The notes under the pieces were generated by a model. That model had not been told where the DNA came from, did not search any database, and saw only the letters and a list, made by a program, of their open reading frames with translations. Of a stretch of DNA of 32,104 bases, positions 7,737 through 16,775 are shown in pieces; position 1 is the stretch's first letter, and every line of letters begins with the position of its first letter. Position numbers and translations under genes: made by a program. Origin of the DNA: an uncultured Verrucomicrobiota bacterium (GTDB lineage Bacteria; Verrucomicrobiota; Verrucomicrobiia; Limisphaerales; UBA8199); NCBI GenBank assembly GCA_964531815.1, contig CAZHEW010000003.1, forward strand, positions 1 through 32,104, given 5' to 3'.

Positions 7737-8342
7737 TCAGCCCATCGCCCCGCGGATGAGCTTCAGGAAGTCGGCGTAGGCCTCGACGGCTTTGAATTGG
7801 GGGAACTGCTGCTTCACGTTGTCCGGGGCGCGGAACAGGAAGCCGACATGGGCCTCGCTGAGCATGGCGGTGTCATTAAAGGAATCGCCGCCGGAGATGA
7901 CGTAATAGTTCAGCAGCTTGAAGGCGGCGACGGCCTTTTGCTTTTGCTCGGGCACCCGGAGCCTGTAATCAACAATACGGTCGTGCTCGACCACCAGCCG
8001 GTGGCAAAGCAGCGTGGGCCAGCCGAGCTGGCGCAGCAGCGGCGCGGCGAACTGCTCGAAGGTGTCGGAGAGGATGATGACCTGGACCAGGGAGCGGAGC
8101 TCGTCGAGGAACTCCTTGGCCCCGGGGAGCGGGCTCAGCGTGCCGATGACCTGCTGTATGTCGGAGAGCTTCAGGCCGTGCTGATCGAGGATCTTGAGCC
8201 GGCCGCGCATGAGCTTGTCGTAGTCCGGCTCATCACGAGTGGTGCGGCGCAGCTCTCTGATGCCCGTTTTTTCGGCGACGGCAATCCAAATCTCGGGAGT
8301 CAACACTCCCTCCATATCCAGGGTTACGATGCATTGTTTCAC
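7737..8342 (-). CDS. thrH: ThrH-type phosphoserine phosphatase / homoserine phosphotransferase (HAD superfamily)
   Basis: Near-colinear resemblance to Pseudomonas ThrH: LDMEGVLTPEIWIAVAEKTGI, TTRDEPDYDKLM, ILSDTF, GDSFNDTAMLSEAH. The start is probably GTG at 8342 (MKQCIVTLDMEGV), not the track start at 8402. Confidence 0.8.
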   Translation of the reverse strand: MKQCIVTLDMEGVLTPEIWIAVAEKTGIRELRRTTRDEPDYDKLMRGRLKILDQHGLKLSDIQQVIGTLSPLPGAKEFLDELRSLVQVIILSDTFEQFAAPLLRQLGWPTLLCHRLVVEHDRIVDYRLRVPEQKQKAVAAFKLLNYYVISGGDSFNDTAMLSEAHVGFLFRAPDNVKQQFPQFKAVEAYADFLKLIRGAMG

Positions 8343-8395
8343 CGGGGCCAGTGTTTCACAGGGCCGCGGGGAACGCAATGCAGCACTATCCGGGA

Positions 8396-8424
8396 TTGAC
8401 ACGAGCGGGCGCCCCTGCGAGTTT
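8396..8424 (+). promoter_or_regulatory. Candidate sigma70-type promoter for purA
   Basis: Perfect -35 TTGACA (8396-8401), a 17-nt spacer ending in TGc (extended -10), then GAGTTT (8419-8424). The -10 is weak. Confidence 0.25.
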
Positions 8425-8451
8425 CCTTACGCAAGAGCCGAGTGTTCTTGT

Positions 8452-8480
8452 CCCCGAACTTGCGTTTCGGGGTTTTTGTT
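8452..8480 (+). terminator. Terminator-like hairpin with T-tract inside the purA leader (possible attenuator)
   Basis: CCCCGAA (8452-8458), a 7-nt loop, TTCGGGG (8466-8472), then TTTTTGTTGTG. It lies 62 nt upstream of the purA ATG, and no plus-strand gene lies upstream of it. Confidence 0.4.
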
Positions 8481-8541
8481 GTGCGCCGAGCCCGGGCGCG
8501 GCTCTTTCCGCGGGCGGGACAGTTGTTTGTGTGTTGAAGTT

Positions 8542-9810
8542 ATGGCCAATACGATTCTGGTGGGGGCCCAATGGGGCGACGAAGGCAAGGGCAAGATTAT
8601 TGATGTGCTGACCGACCAGGCGGACGTGGTAGTCCGCACCCAGGGCGGCAACAATGCCGGGCACACGGTGCACATCAAGGGGCAGAAGTACATCCTGCAT
8701 TTGGTGCCCTCGGGGATTTTGCACCGGAAGAAGGTCTGCGTGATTGGCAACGGGGTGGTGGTGGACCCGGTGAGCCTGGTTGGGGAGATCGAGGGGCTGC
8801 GCAAGCTTGGCATCCGCGTTAGCGGCAACCTCTACCTGAGCGAGACGGCGCACCTGGTCCTTCCCTACCACCGCGAGTTGGACGAGCAGCGCGAGATCCT
8901 CAAGGGCGAGAACAAGATTGGCACCACCAAGCGCGGCATTGGCCCGGCATACGGCGATAAGGCGGCCCGAACCGGGCTGCGCGTAATTGACCTGGTCAAC
9001 CCGGATCGCTTCCGGCAGCAGCTCCAGTCCAAGATCAAAGAGAACAATGAAGTGCTGCGGGCTTTCGGGGCCAAACCGCTCTCGTTTGAACGGGTCCACC
9101 GCGAGTATCGCAAGGCGGGCGATTACCTCCAACCGTTCGTGGCCAACACCGTCATCCTGCTGCATGAGGCGGCAAGGCGGGGCGCTGACATTCTCTTCGA
9201 AGGCGCGCAAGGCACATTTCTCGACCTTGACCACGGCACCTATCCGTTTGTGACCTCCTCAAATACCACCGCGGGCGGCGCCTGCACCGGCTCGGGCATC
9301 CCGCCGCACCGCATGGACCGGGTGGTCGGGGTGATGAAGGCTTACACCACGCGCGTTGGGGAGGGGCCGCTGCCAACCGAGAGCGCCGAGATTGCCGACC
9401 TGCTCCACGCGTTGGGCCGCGAGTTTGGCGCGACGACCGGGCGACCGCGCCGTTGCGGCTGGTTCGACTCGGTCGCCACCCGCCACGCCTGCATGGTAAA
9501 CGGCATTGACGAACTGGCGGTGACGAATATTGACGGGCTGGATTCCATGGAGACGATCAACGTCTGCATCGGCTATCGTGACGGCGCCCGCTGCTATGAT
9601 TACGTGCCGAACGATGTTGAGGTGCTGGCACGCTGCACCCCCATTTACGCCGATTTCCCCGGCTGGCGCACACCGACCGACAAGGCCCGCCGTTGGAAGG
9701 ACCTGCCCCGCAAAACCCGCTCCTATCTCAAGGCGCTGGCGGCTTTAAGCGGCGCGGAACTGGCCATCGCGTCGGTTGGGCCGGGGCGGGAGCAGACGAT
9801 TATGATTTGA
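8542..9810 (+). CDS. purA: Adenylosuccinate synthetase
   Basis: MANTILVGAQWGDEGKGKIID, GGNNAGHT and TTKRGIGPAY motifs. The track ORF extends upstream to 8239 but homology starts at the ATG at 8542. Confidence 0.95.
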   Translation: MANTILVGAQWGDEGKGKIIDVLTDQADVVVRTQGGNNAGHTVHIKGQKYILHLVPSGILHRKKVCVIGNGVVVDPVSLVGEIEGLRKLGIRVSGNLYLSETAHLVLPYHRELDEQREILKGENKIGTTKRGIGPAYGDKAARTGLRVIDLVNPDRFRQQLQSKIKENNEVLRAFGAKPLSFERVHREYRKAGDYLQPFVANTVILLHEAARRGADILFEGAQGTFLDLDHGTYPFVTSSNTTAGGACTGSGIPPHRMDRVVGVMKAYTTRVGEGPLPTESAEIADLLHALGREFGATTGRPRRCGWFDSVATRHACMVNGIDELAVTNIDGLDSMETINVCIGYRDGARCYDYVPNDVEVLARCTPIYADFPGWRTPTDKARRWKDLPRKTRSYLKALAALSGAELAIASVGPGREQTIMI

Positions 9811-9827
9811 GGGCGCTGAAGGTTGGA

Positions 9828-10565
9828 ATGAACACCCAGGCGGCGCAACTCAGTCCCCAGGCCAAGGCCTCGCTGCCGCGGCACGTAGCCGTCATCATGG
9901 ACGGCAATGGCCGATGGGCCCGGCAGCGGCACTTGCCGCGCATCGAGGGTCATCGCGCGGGCGCGGAATCGGCCCGCATCCTCATCCGAACAGCCGGGGA
10001 ACTCGGGATCAAGTACCTGACGCTCTACGCGTTCTCGGTGGAGAACTGGAACCGGCCGAAGGACGAGGTGGACGCGCTGATGAAGTACCTGGTGCACTAT
10101 CTCAAGACCGAGACCCCCGAGCTGAACAAGAACAACGTGCAGCTTCGAGTCATCGGCCAGGTTTACCGGCTGCCGGAACGCGTGCAGGAACACCTGAAGA
10201 GATCCATCGCCACCCTGTCGAAGAACAACGGCCTCACGCTGATCATGGCGCTGAGCTACGGCGGGCGCACCGAGATCGTGGACGCGGCGCGCAGCATCGC
10301 CCAGAAGGTGAAGGCCGGCGAACTGGACCCGCCCGACATCACCGAACAGGTCTTCGCCCAGCACCTTTATACGAGCAACTTGCCCGACCCGGATCTGCTG
10401 ATTCGGACGAGCGGCGAAATGCGTCTCAGCAACTTTCTGCTGTGGCAGATTTCCTACACGGAGCTGGTGGTAACGCCGACCCTGTGGCCGGATTTCCGCA
10501 AGCCGCAGTTCTATGAGGCGCTGGAAGAGTACCACCGCCGGCACCGGCGGTTTGGAGGCCTGTAA
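9828..10565 (+). CDS. uppS: Undecaprenyl-diphosphate synthase (isoprenyl transferase)
   Basis: HVAVIMDGNGRWA, YLTLYAFSVENWNRP, IRTSGEMRLSNFLLWQ and a RRFGG end. ATG at 9828, within track ORF 9693..10565. Confidence 0.95.
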   Translation: MNTQAAQLSPQAKASLPRHVAVIMDGNGRWARQRHLPRIEGHRAGAESARILIRTAGELGIKYLTLYAFSVENWNRPKDEVDALMKYLVHYLKTETPELNKNNVQLRVIGQVYRLPERVQEHLKRSIATLSKNNGLTLIMALSYGGRTEIVDAARSIAQKVKAGELDPPDITEQVFAQHLYTSNLPDPDLLIRTSGEMRLSNFLLWQISYTELVVTPTLWPDFRKPQFYEALEEYHRRHRRFGGL

Positions 10566-10573
10566 GACTGCGC

Positions 10574-10598
10574 CCGGCCGGGTGTGGCCGGCTTATTC
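10574..10598 (+). terminator. Weak hairpin after uppS
   Basis: CCGGCC (10574-10579), a 6-nt loop, GGCCGG (10586-10591), followed by CTTATTC. It overlaps the stop of the convergent M28 gene. Confidence 0.3.
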
Positions 10599-13346
10599 AG
10601 GCACATAGACAAACTTGATCGCATCCGCCATCACCACAGTGCCGGTGGTAAAGTTGTCCTTGATGCGGACGTAACCGGCCGTGCCGGCCGAGAAACCAAA
10701 GGTGCCCAGCAGGTTCCACTGGCCCCCGTTGACCTGCTGGTCAATCGTCACAGTCTGCGTGCCCCCGTTATGGGTGATCGCAATGGGAGCATCCTTCGTG
10801 CGATTGGTTCCCTGGGGGTGCCACTCGTACACCTGGTAGTTGCCGCTGGCCTGAAGGTTTGGCCGATACTCGACGTACCCAGCGCCGGTCCCGGCGAAGG
10901 CGTAAAAGTAATCTGCGCCATACTTATCCGTGGAACTGACACCGTTGGTCCACGTCCCCATCACCGTAGCCGCGGGGTTGTCTATGATGATGTCCGCCGG
11001 CGGCGTGCTGTTGGTGGCCCCTTCCACCCGCACGTTGTCCACCAGGCCGAAGCTCAGCGCCGAGTTGTCGGATATGGACGCGAAGGCATCCCAGTATCCC
11101 ACAAAGATGTTACTGTCGGTCACGGAGGCGCTGGTGAAGGCGGCGAGCTTCACACCGTCAATAGACCACTCCACGATGTTGCCGCGTTTGGCGATGATGA
11201 CCTCACGCCACGCGAAGCCGACCACGCCTCCTTCCAGCGCGCCGGTTTGCTGAGGATAGGTGGATTGCTGCAGCAGCGGCGGAGTCTGGCCGGCGGGGAA
11301 AGCGGTGGTGTAATACACATTGAGGTTGCCGCGCGAGGTCGAATCGTTGCCGGCAGCGTAAACGCCGCTGGTGGCCGCCTGCAACTCAGTGCCGGCATAA
11401 GCGCTGTAGTCAGAGGTGGTTGAAGTGTCAACGGCCTGTCCCTCGCCATCCACCGCAAACCAGTAGCCATCGGCCTCGCTGCCAGTCCTTATCCATTGCA
11501 CGTGTCCGCCGCTGGTGCCAAGGCCGCCGGTGATGTATTCCGTGGATCCGGATCCACCATACGGGAACGGCCCGTTGGCGTTAATCCACATGTCAAAGCG
11601 CAGGCGGTAATCTCCCCCGAAGCTCTGCCCGATGGGCGACATGGACAGCGCGGCCACGGCTCCATTGGCCATGTTCGCCTCAAACTTCACCCCGCGCGTC
11701 GTGCCGCCGGTCGAATTGGGGGCGGAGGGAATGCCGTCAGCGGCGTAATCGTAGTTGAAGGTGCATCGTGTGTCGGCGGAGCTCTTGCTGACAGTCCAGT
11801 TGGCCGAGGTGTCGGTGTCGAGGTCATCGGCAAAGGCCAGGGTCTGCGGCGGATACACGGTAAGAGAGACGACACTGCTGGTCACGCTGCCGGAGTAGTT
11901 GGCAACGACCACGGAATAGTCGCCGGCATCCGCGGACTCGGCGTCAGTAATCACGAAGGGGTTGCTGGTGGCGCCGGGAATCGCGCTGCCATTGATCCGC
12001 CACTGGTAGCTGAGGGGCGGGTCACCCGAAGCCGAGACGGCAAAGCTGGTCGCACCGCCGGTGTCCACAACGCGATGCAGCGGCTGCGTGGTGATTTGCG
12101 GAGGGTTGCCCGGGCCGCCGGTGTAGCCCGCAACGAAGCGCGCGCGGTAGTATCCGGCGGGCCGGTTGTCCGCGTCCGGGTCAAGCACGGCGAATGCCCC
12201 ATCTGCGGGTGCAGCGGCGTTGGTTCCAATCGCGACCCAATCCGGGGCGATGAGGTTGGTGCAAAGGTCAATGGCGTATTGACAGAGCGGCAAGCCATGG
12301 CCGTTGATGACGGCGCCGCCGCTCAGGCCGGATTCGAGGGAGAGAATTTGCGGGGTCACGTCCACCGGCTGAAGCTGGGTGGCATAGTAGCCAATGACGC
12401 CCTTGCACATCTTCTCCAGATAGCCCCAATCGAGGTAGCCGGGTTTCTCCACGTAATCGCCTGCTTTGTGATAGTTGGCATTGCCTGACCAGCCGTATTC
12501 AATCAAACAGCACGCGGTGAAGCCGGCCTGCGCGAAGGAGTAGTGATCGCTCATATTGTCCGAGCCATAGAGCACCCCGTTGAGGCCGTCGCTGTAGGTC
12601 GAAAGAGCTGACTGCAAATCATAACGGAGGGGGTTAGACGCGGTTCGCCCGCAGATGTAAGCCTTGTTGTTGTTAGGGCTGGGCGCTTGCCAGCCAATCA
12701 TGTCCACGGAAATCATGCCCTTGATATTGTCGTTGGTGTGCTGGCTCACATAGCGCAGGCTGCCCAGCCGATGCTTGCCGCTGACCGCCTCATAACGCTC
12801 CTCGCTGTCGAAGATGGCAAAGACAATGGTCTTGGCAAAGTGCTGCCGGGCAAAAATGCGCGCGACCTCCAGGGCGCAGCCGACACCGGTCGCATTGTCG
12901 TCCGCCCCCGGATTCTCCCGCGAGTCATAGTGGGCTCCCAGCACATAGATTTCGTTGTTCGGATTCTGAACGCCCGGTTTCACCGCGATGATGTTGCACA
13001 CGTTAACCCAAGTAGGGCCAACCGAGTCCTGGTAAGTCCAAGGGTCCTTGCTGGGGCTCAGACCAACGGCCAGGAATTCGTCGTAGATCGCGTCGCGACA
13101 CGGGTCATGCTCCTCCCCGCCTACCTGCAGTGGCGCCCGGCTCATGCCTTGCCGGGTGTAAAGTTTGTTGCTAACAACGTTGAAGTAGTTGGTCATGCTG
13201 AACTGGTCCACCAGTTCCTGCACTGTTGGAGGGCTGGCAAGCGTGACTTCGCAGTGCAGACACCCCAGCACCAACAACAGACCAAGGGCAGCCCCTCCAA
13301 TTCTTCGTCCCCACGAGCGCGGGAACCGACTTATGTGGCACATCAT
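10593..13346 (-). CDS. Secreted multidomain M28-family metallopeptidase (M28, Ig I-set-like, concanavalin/LamG-like and golvesin-C-terminal-like domains)
   Basis: Signal peptide (GAALGLLLVLGCLHCEVTLA). M28 motif HYDSRENPGADDNATGVGCALEVARIFA. Ig-like segment PPQITTQP...SYQWRINGSAI...DAGDYSVVVAN. The C-terminal segment (NYQVYEWHP...GGQWNLLGTFGF...VMADAIKFVYV) resembles golvesin/Xly-type carbohydrate-binding modules. Confidence 0.85.
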   Translation of the reverse strand: MMCHISRFPRSWGRRIGGAALGLLLVLGCLHCEVTLASPPTVQELVDQFSMTNYFNVVSNKLYTRQGMSRAPLQVGGEEHDPCRDAIYDEFLAVGLSPSKDPWTYQDSVGPTWVNVCNIIAVKPGVQNPNNEIYVLGAHYDSRENPGADDNATGVGCALEVARIFARQHFAKTIVFAIFDSEERYEAVSGKHRLGSLRYVSQHTNDNIKGMISVDMIGWQAPSPNNNKAYICGRTASNPLRYDLQSALSTYSDGLNGVLYGSDNMSDHYSFAQAGFTACCLIEYGWSGNANYHKAGDYVEKPGYLDWGYLEKMCKGVIGYYATQLQPVDVTPQILSLESGLSGGAVINGHGLPLCQYAIDLCTNLIAPDWVAIGTNAAAPADGAFAVLDPDADNRPAGYYRARFVAGYTGGPGNPPQITTQPLHRVVDTGGATSFAVSASGDPPLSYQWRINGSAIPGATSNPFVITDAESADAGDYSVVVANYSGSVTSSVVSLTVYPPQTLAFADDLDTDTSANWTVSKSSADTRCTFNYDYAADGIPSAPNSTGGTTRGVKFEANMANGAVAALSMSPIGQSFGGDYRLRFDMWINANGPFPYGGSGSTEYITGGLGTSGGHVQWIRTGSEADGYWFAVDGEGQAVDTSTTSDYSAYAGTELQAATSGVYAAGNDSTSRGNLNVYYTTAFPAGQTPPLLQQSTYPQQTGALEGGVVGFAWREVIIAKRGNIVEWSIDGVKLAAFTSASVTDSNIFVGYWDAFASISDNSALSFGLVDNVRVEGATNSTPPADIIIDNPAATVMGTWTNGVSSTDKYGADYFYAFAGTGAGYVEYRPNLQASGNYQVYEWHPQGTNRTKDAPIAITHNGGTQTVTIDQQVNGGQWNLLGTFGFSAGTAGYVRIKDNFTTGTVVMADAIKFVYVPE

Positions 13347-13404
13347 TAAGGTTTAGCATGCCAGGGTTTTTGCGGAGATCAAGCAAAATCACGGGGAATT
13401 ACGC

Positions 13405-13432
13405 TTGCACGGGGCGCGATGCCTGATAGAGT
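13405..13432 (+). promoter_or_regulatory. Candidate sigma70-type promoter for prs
   Basis: TTGCAC (13405-13410), a 16-nt spacer ending in TGa, then TAGAGT (13427-13432). Confidence 0.25.
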
Positions 13433-13492
13433 CCGGCCTGCTTTTTCCCACCGGCATGGTGGTTTTTGCATCAACCTAAGAATAGACGCACT

Positions 13493-14437
13493 GTGAAGAT
13501 TTTCAGCGGCAGTTCAAACCAGCCTTTGGCCAAGGCGATCTGCGATTACATCGGCATCCCGCAGGGCAAGTGCCATATCCAGCCCTTCCCGGACGGCGAG
13601 ACGTTCGTGAAGATTGAGGAGAACGTGCGCGGAGAGGATGTGTATGTGGTCCAGTCCACCAGCCCGCCGACGAACCATCATTTGATGGAGATGTTCATCA
13701 TGATAGACGCGCTCCGGCGGGCGAGCGCGGCGCGCATCACCACTGTGCTGCCCTTCTACGGTTATGCGCGGCAGGACCGCAAGGACCAGCCGCGGGTGCC
13801 CATTACGGCCAAACTGGTGGCAAACCTTCTGGTGGCGGCGGGCGCCAACCGCATCCTGACGATGGACCTGCACGCGCAGCAAATCCAGGGGTTCTTTGAC
13901 ATTCCGGTGGATCATCTCTACGCGGCGCCGGTGATGTATGAGTATTTGAAGCGGAAACGGCTGCGCAATCTGGTCGTGGTGAGCCCGGACATCGGGGGGC
14001 TCAAAATGGCCTACGCGTATTCGCAGGTGCTGGGGGCGGGGCTGGCGATCGTAGCCAAGCGGCGCAAGAGCGCCAGCGAGGTCGAGAGCATGGCCGTGAT
14101 CGGGGAGATCCGTGGGAAGGACGCTTTGCTGGTGGACGACCTGACCGAGACAGCCGGCACGCTGGTGAAAGCGGCGGAGTTGATCAAGCACAAGGGCGCC
14201 AGGAAGATTCTGGCCTGCGTTTCGCACGCTATCCTGAATGACCTGGGCATTGAAAGATTACGCAAATCGGCTATTGACGAATTAGTCACAACTGATACTG
14301 TCTTGCGCCCTGCCATCAGCGGCGTGAAGGTTGTCACGCTGTCGGTGGCGGCGCTGTTGGGCGAAGCCATCAAGCGAATTCACAGTAATTCGTCGGTTAC
14401 GTCGCTATTTGCATTTAAGGGCGGGCGCACCAGCTAG
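13493..14437 (+). CDS. prs: Ribose-phosphate pyrophosphokinase
   Basis: KIFSGSSNQPLA, MDLHAQQIQGFFDIPVDHL, and the PRPP loop LLVDDLTETAGTL. GTG at 13493 gives the canonical MKIFSG start; the track start (TTG at 13466) is also possible. Confidence 0.93.
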   Translation: MKIFSGSSNQPLAKAICDYIGIPQGKCHIQPFPDGETFVKIEENVRGEDVYVVQSTSPPTNHHLMEMFIMIDALRRASAARITTVLPFYGYARQDRKDQPRVPITAKLVANLLVAAGANRILTMDLHAQQIQGFFDIPVDHLYAAPVMYEYLKRKRLRNLVVVSPDIGGLKMAYAYSQVLGAGLAIVAKRRKSASEVESMAVIGEIRGKDALLVDDLTETAGTLVKAAELIKHKGARKILACVSHAILNDLGIERLRKSAIDELVTTDTVLRPAISGVKVVTLSVAALLGEAIKRIHSNSSVTSLFAFKGGRTS

Positions 14438-14472
14438 GCGCTGGAAAGCAGCCGTCGAACAGTCTAAAGACA

Positions 14473-15288
14473 ATGAAATCAGTATTACTCAACGCCACCC
14501 CGCGCGTGCTGAGCCGGCGCTCAGGAGCCAAAGCCCTGCGCGCCAGCGGGCGGATTCCGACCGTTATTTATGGCCGTCAAGCACCGCCACAAAACCTCGA
14601 GGTCAATGCCAAGTTCATGGAAGACCTCATTCACCACTCCGTTTCCGGGAATCTCCTGGTGGACCTGACCGTCCAGGATGACGCCCGGCCCAAACGGCTG
14701 GCGCTGGTGCAGGAAATCCAGCACCATCCTCTGACTGGCAAGGTGCTGCACGTGGATTTCCACGAGATCGCGGAGAACGAGCAGGTTACCATCCAAGTGC
14801 CCGTTGAAACGATCGGCGAAGCCGAGGGCGTGAAGACTGACGGCGGCGTGTTGGAGCATGTGCTGTTCAAGATCAGAGTGCGCGGCTTGCCCAAGGATCT
14901 GCCGGAGCAAATCGCCGTGGATGTCAGCCACCTCAAGATCGGCCAGGCGATTCACATCGGTGAAATCCAGGCGCCAGCGAATACCGAGATCCTTGGCGAC
15001 AAGCAGATACCCGTCATTGCCGTAGCGGCGCCACGCACAGAGGAAGAGGAAGCGGCCGAAGCCGCTGCAGCGGCGGAGACTGTGCTGGGCGAGGTGGAGA
15101 TGATCAAAGAGAAGAAAGAAGAGGGCGAAGAAGGAGCCCCGCCCGCCAAGGGCGCCGAAAAGGCCCCGGCCAAGGGTGCCGAAAAGGCCCCGGCCAAGGG
15201 CGCGGAGAAAGCTGCGCCAGGCGCCGAGAAGGCCGCTCCAGGCGCAGCCGAAAAGAAGGCCGCGCCCGCTGCGGCAAAGAAGAAATAG
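14473..15288 (+). CDS. rplY: 50S ribosomal protein L25/Ctc with a Lys/Ala/Glu/Pro-rich repetitive C-terminal tail
   Basis: RASGRIPTVIYG near the N-terminus and a two-domain Ctc-type body. The tail is PAKGAEKAPAKGAEKAPAKGAEKAAPGAEKAAPGAAEKKAAPAAAKKK. Confidence 0.9.
   Translation: MKSVLLNATPRVLSRRSGAKALRASGRIPTVIYGRQAPPQNLEVNAKFMEDLIHHSVSGNLLVDLTVQDDARPKRLALVQEIQHHPLTGKVLHVDFHEIAENEQVTIQVPVETIGEAEGVKTDGGVLEHVLFKIRVRGLPKDLPEQIAVDVSHLKIGQAIHIGEIQAPANTEILGDKQIPVIAVAAPRTEEEEAAEAAAAAETVLGEVEMIKEKKEEGEEGAPPAKGAEKAPAKGAEKAPAKGAEKAAPGAEKAAPGAAEKKAAPAAAKKK
15145..15216 (+). repeat. 3 x 24-bp in-frame tandem repeat (AKGAEKAP) in the rplY tail
   Basis: Units are 15145-15168, 15169-15192 and 15193-15216 (GCCAAGGGCGCCGAAAAGGCCCCG and variants). 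Degenerate copies continue to about 15270. Confidence 0.85.
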
Positions 15289-15336
15289 TTTGGGCGGCTG
15301 CCCGGCGGGCGCTGGGCGGCCAGGCCAGCTCCCCGC

Positions 15337-15933
15337 ATGGAGAACCTGTATCTCATTGTGGGCCTGGGCAATCCCAGCGCGGAGCACGCGCGGACCCGGC
15401 ACAATGCGGGTTTCCGGGTGGCCGAGCGGCTGGCCGAACGCTGGCGCAGAGATTGGACTTACGAAAAGAAGTTCAACGCGCGGCTGGCATGGGCACAACG
15501 GAATACCATCCGGGTGCTCCTGTGCCAGCCGCAGACGTACATGAATGCGAGCGGCGAAACCGTCGGGGCGGTGGTGGCGTTCTATCGGCTGCCGCTGGCG
15601 CGGTTGCTGGTGGCGGTGGACGATGCGGATTTGCCGCTGGGCGAACTCCGGCTGCGGCCGGGCGGGAGCAGTGGCGGCCATCACGGGCTGGAGTCCATCG
15701 AAGGGCACCTGGGGACTAACGAATACGCGCGCCAGCGGGTCGGCATTGGCCGGCAGAGCGGGGCGCGCGAAATTACAGGCCACGTGCTGGGCCGATTTAG
15801 CTCGACGGAAGCGGCACTGGTTGATAAAGTCTTAACCGTGGCGTCCGACCAGGCCGAAACCTGGCTGGACGCCGGAATACAGAAAGCAATGAGTCAATTC
15901 AACGGAGTCGTAGGCGACTCCGGGAACCAATGA
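15337..15933 (+). CDS. pth: Peptidyl-tRNA hydrolase
   Basis: LIVGLGNPSAEHARTRHNAGF and the YMNASGE motif. Its stop overlaps the rpsF ATG (ATGA at 15930-15933). Confidence 0.93.
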   Translation: MENLYLIVGLGNPSAEHARTRHNAGFRVAERLAERWRRDWTYEKKFNARLAWAQRNTIRVLLCQPQTYMNASGETVGAVVAFYRLPLARLLVAVDDADLPLGELRLRPGGSSGGHHGLESIEGHLGTNEYARQRVGIGRQSGAREITGHVLGRFSSTEAALVDKVLTVASDQAETWLDAGIQKAMSQFNGVVGDSGNQ

Positions 15934-16256
15934 AAAGCGCAGTAAAACGATACGAAGGCCTGTTCATACTGGATGTGGCGGGCAAAGAGGAAGGCATCAA
16001 AGACGCCGTTGACAAGATCTCCACCGAGATCACCACGCTGGGCGGCAAAGTGGAAACGGTGCAGAAGATGGACAAGAAGACCTTTGCCCGCGCGGCCGAT
16101 AAGAAAAAGAGCGCCGGCTTCTATGTGAACGTCATCTTCCAGGGCCCGCCAACCCTGCTCGACCAGTTGAAACGCCGGTTCGCCGGCAATGAGGAAGTGT
16201 TCCGGGTGCTGTTCACCAACGCTCCGGAAGCAAAACCAGCCACCGCCGCCACTTAA
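15930..16256 (+). CDS. rpsF: 30S ribosomal protein S6
   Basis: KRYEGLFILD..., with typical S6 length and pattern. Position is upstream of ssb. Confidence 0.92.
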   Translation: MKSAVKRYEGLFILDVAGKEEGIKDAVDKISTEITTLGGKVETVQKMDKKTFARAADKKKSAGFYVNVIFQGPPTLLDQLKRRFAGNEEVFRVLFTNAPEAKPATAAT

Positions 16257-16265
16257 AGAATCTCT

Positions 16266-16718
16266 ATGGCAAGCTTCAATAAGGTCATCCTTGTTGGCAA
16301 CCTCACGCGCGATCCGGAGTTGCGCTACACGCCCAAGGGCATGGCAATCGCCAAGATTGGCCTGGCGGTAAACCGGAACTGGAAAACCGAGACCGGCGAA
16401 GCCAAGGAAGAGGTTACGTTTGTGGACATTGACGCGTTCGGCAAGCAGGCCGAGACCATCGGCCAGTATCTGAAGAAGGGCCGGCCGATGCTCGTCGAAG
16501 GCCGGCTTCGCCTGGATCAATGGGACGACAAACAAACCGGTCAGAAGCGCAGCCGGTTGGGGGTAGTGCTGGAGTCATTCCAGTTCCTCGACAGCGGCAA
16601 CCGTGCCGAACCCGGTTCTGAGCCGACACGGCGCGCCGCAGCCGCCGCACCGGCGGCTTCGGCTCCTGCGGCGGCGCCTGAGCCCGGCCCGACCGAGGAA
16701 GACGACGTGCCGTTCTAA
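16266..16718 (+). CDS. ssb: Single-stranded DNA-binding protein
   Basis: MASFNKVILVGNLTRDPELRYTP OB-fold start, an Ala/Pro-rich linker, and an acidic tip EEDDVPF. Confidence 0.93.
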   Translation: MASFNKVILVGNLTRDPELRYTPKGMAIAKIGLAVNRNWKTETGEAKEEVTFVDIDAFGKQAETIGQYLKKGRPMLVEGRLRLDQWDDKQTGQKRSRLGVVLESFQFLDSGNRAEPGSEPTRRAAAAAPAASAPAAAPEPGPTEEDDVPF

Positions 16719-16775
16719 CCTCAACATGTGTCCCTGCCGTTCACGCAACACTCAACACGCAACACCCGATTTCCC

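Noticed and set aside
8239-8541. N-terminal extensions in the track: purA (8239), uppS (9693), rplI (16728), thrH (8402), DUF4381 (21601), the 28061 gene (27875), and the isomerase-like gene (4061).
   Set aside because: Homology-type motifs begin at internal starts that give canonical N-termini. The upstream parts are non-coding-like or overlap intergenic repeats.
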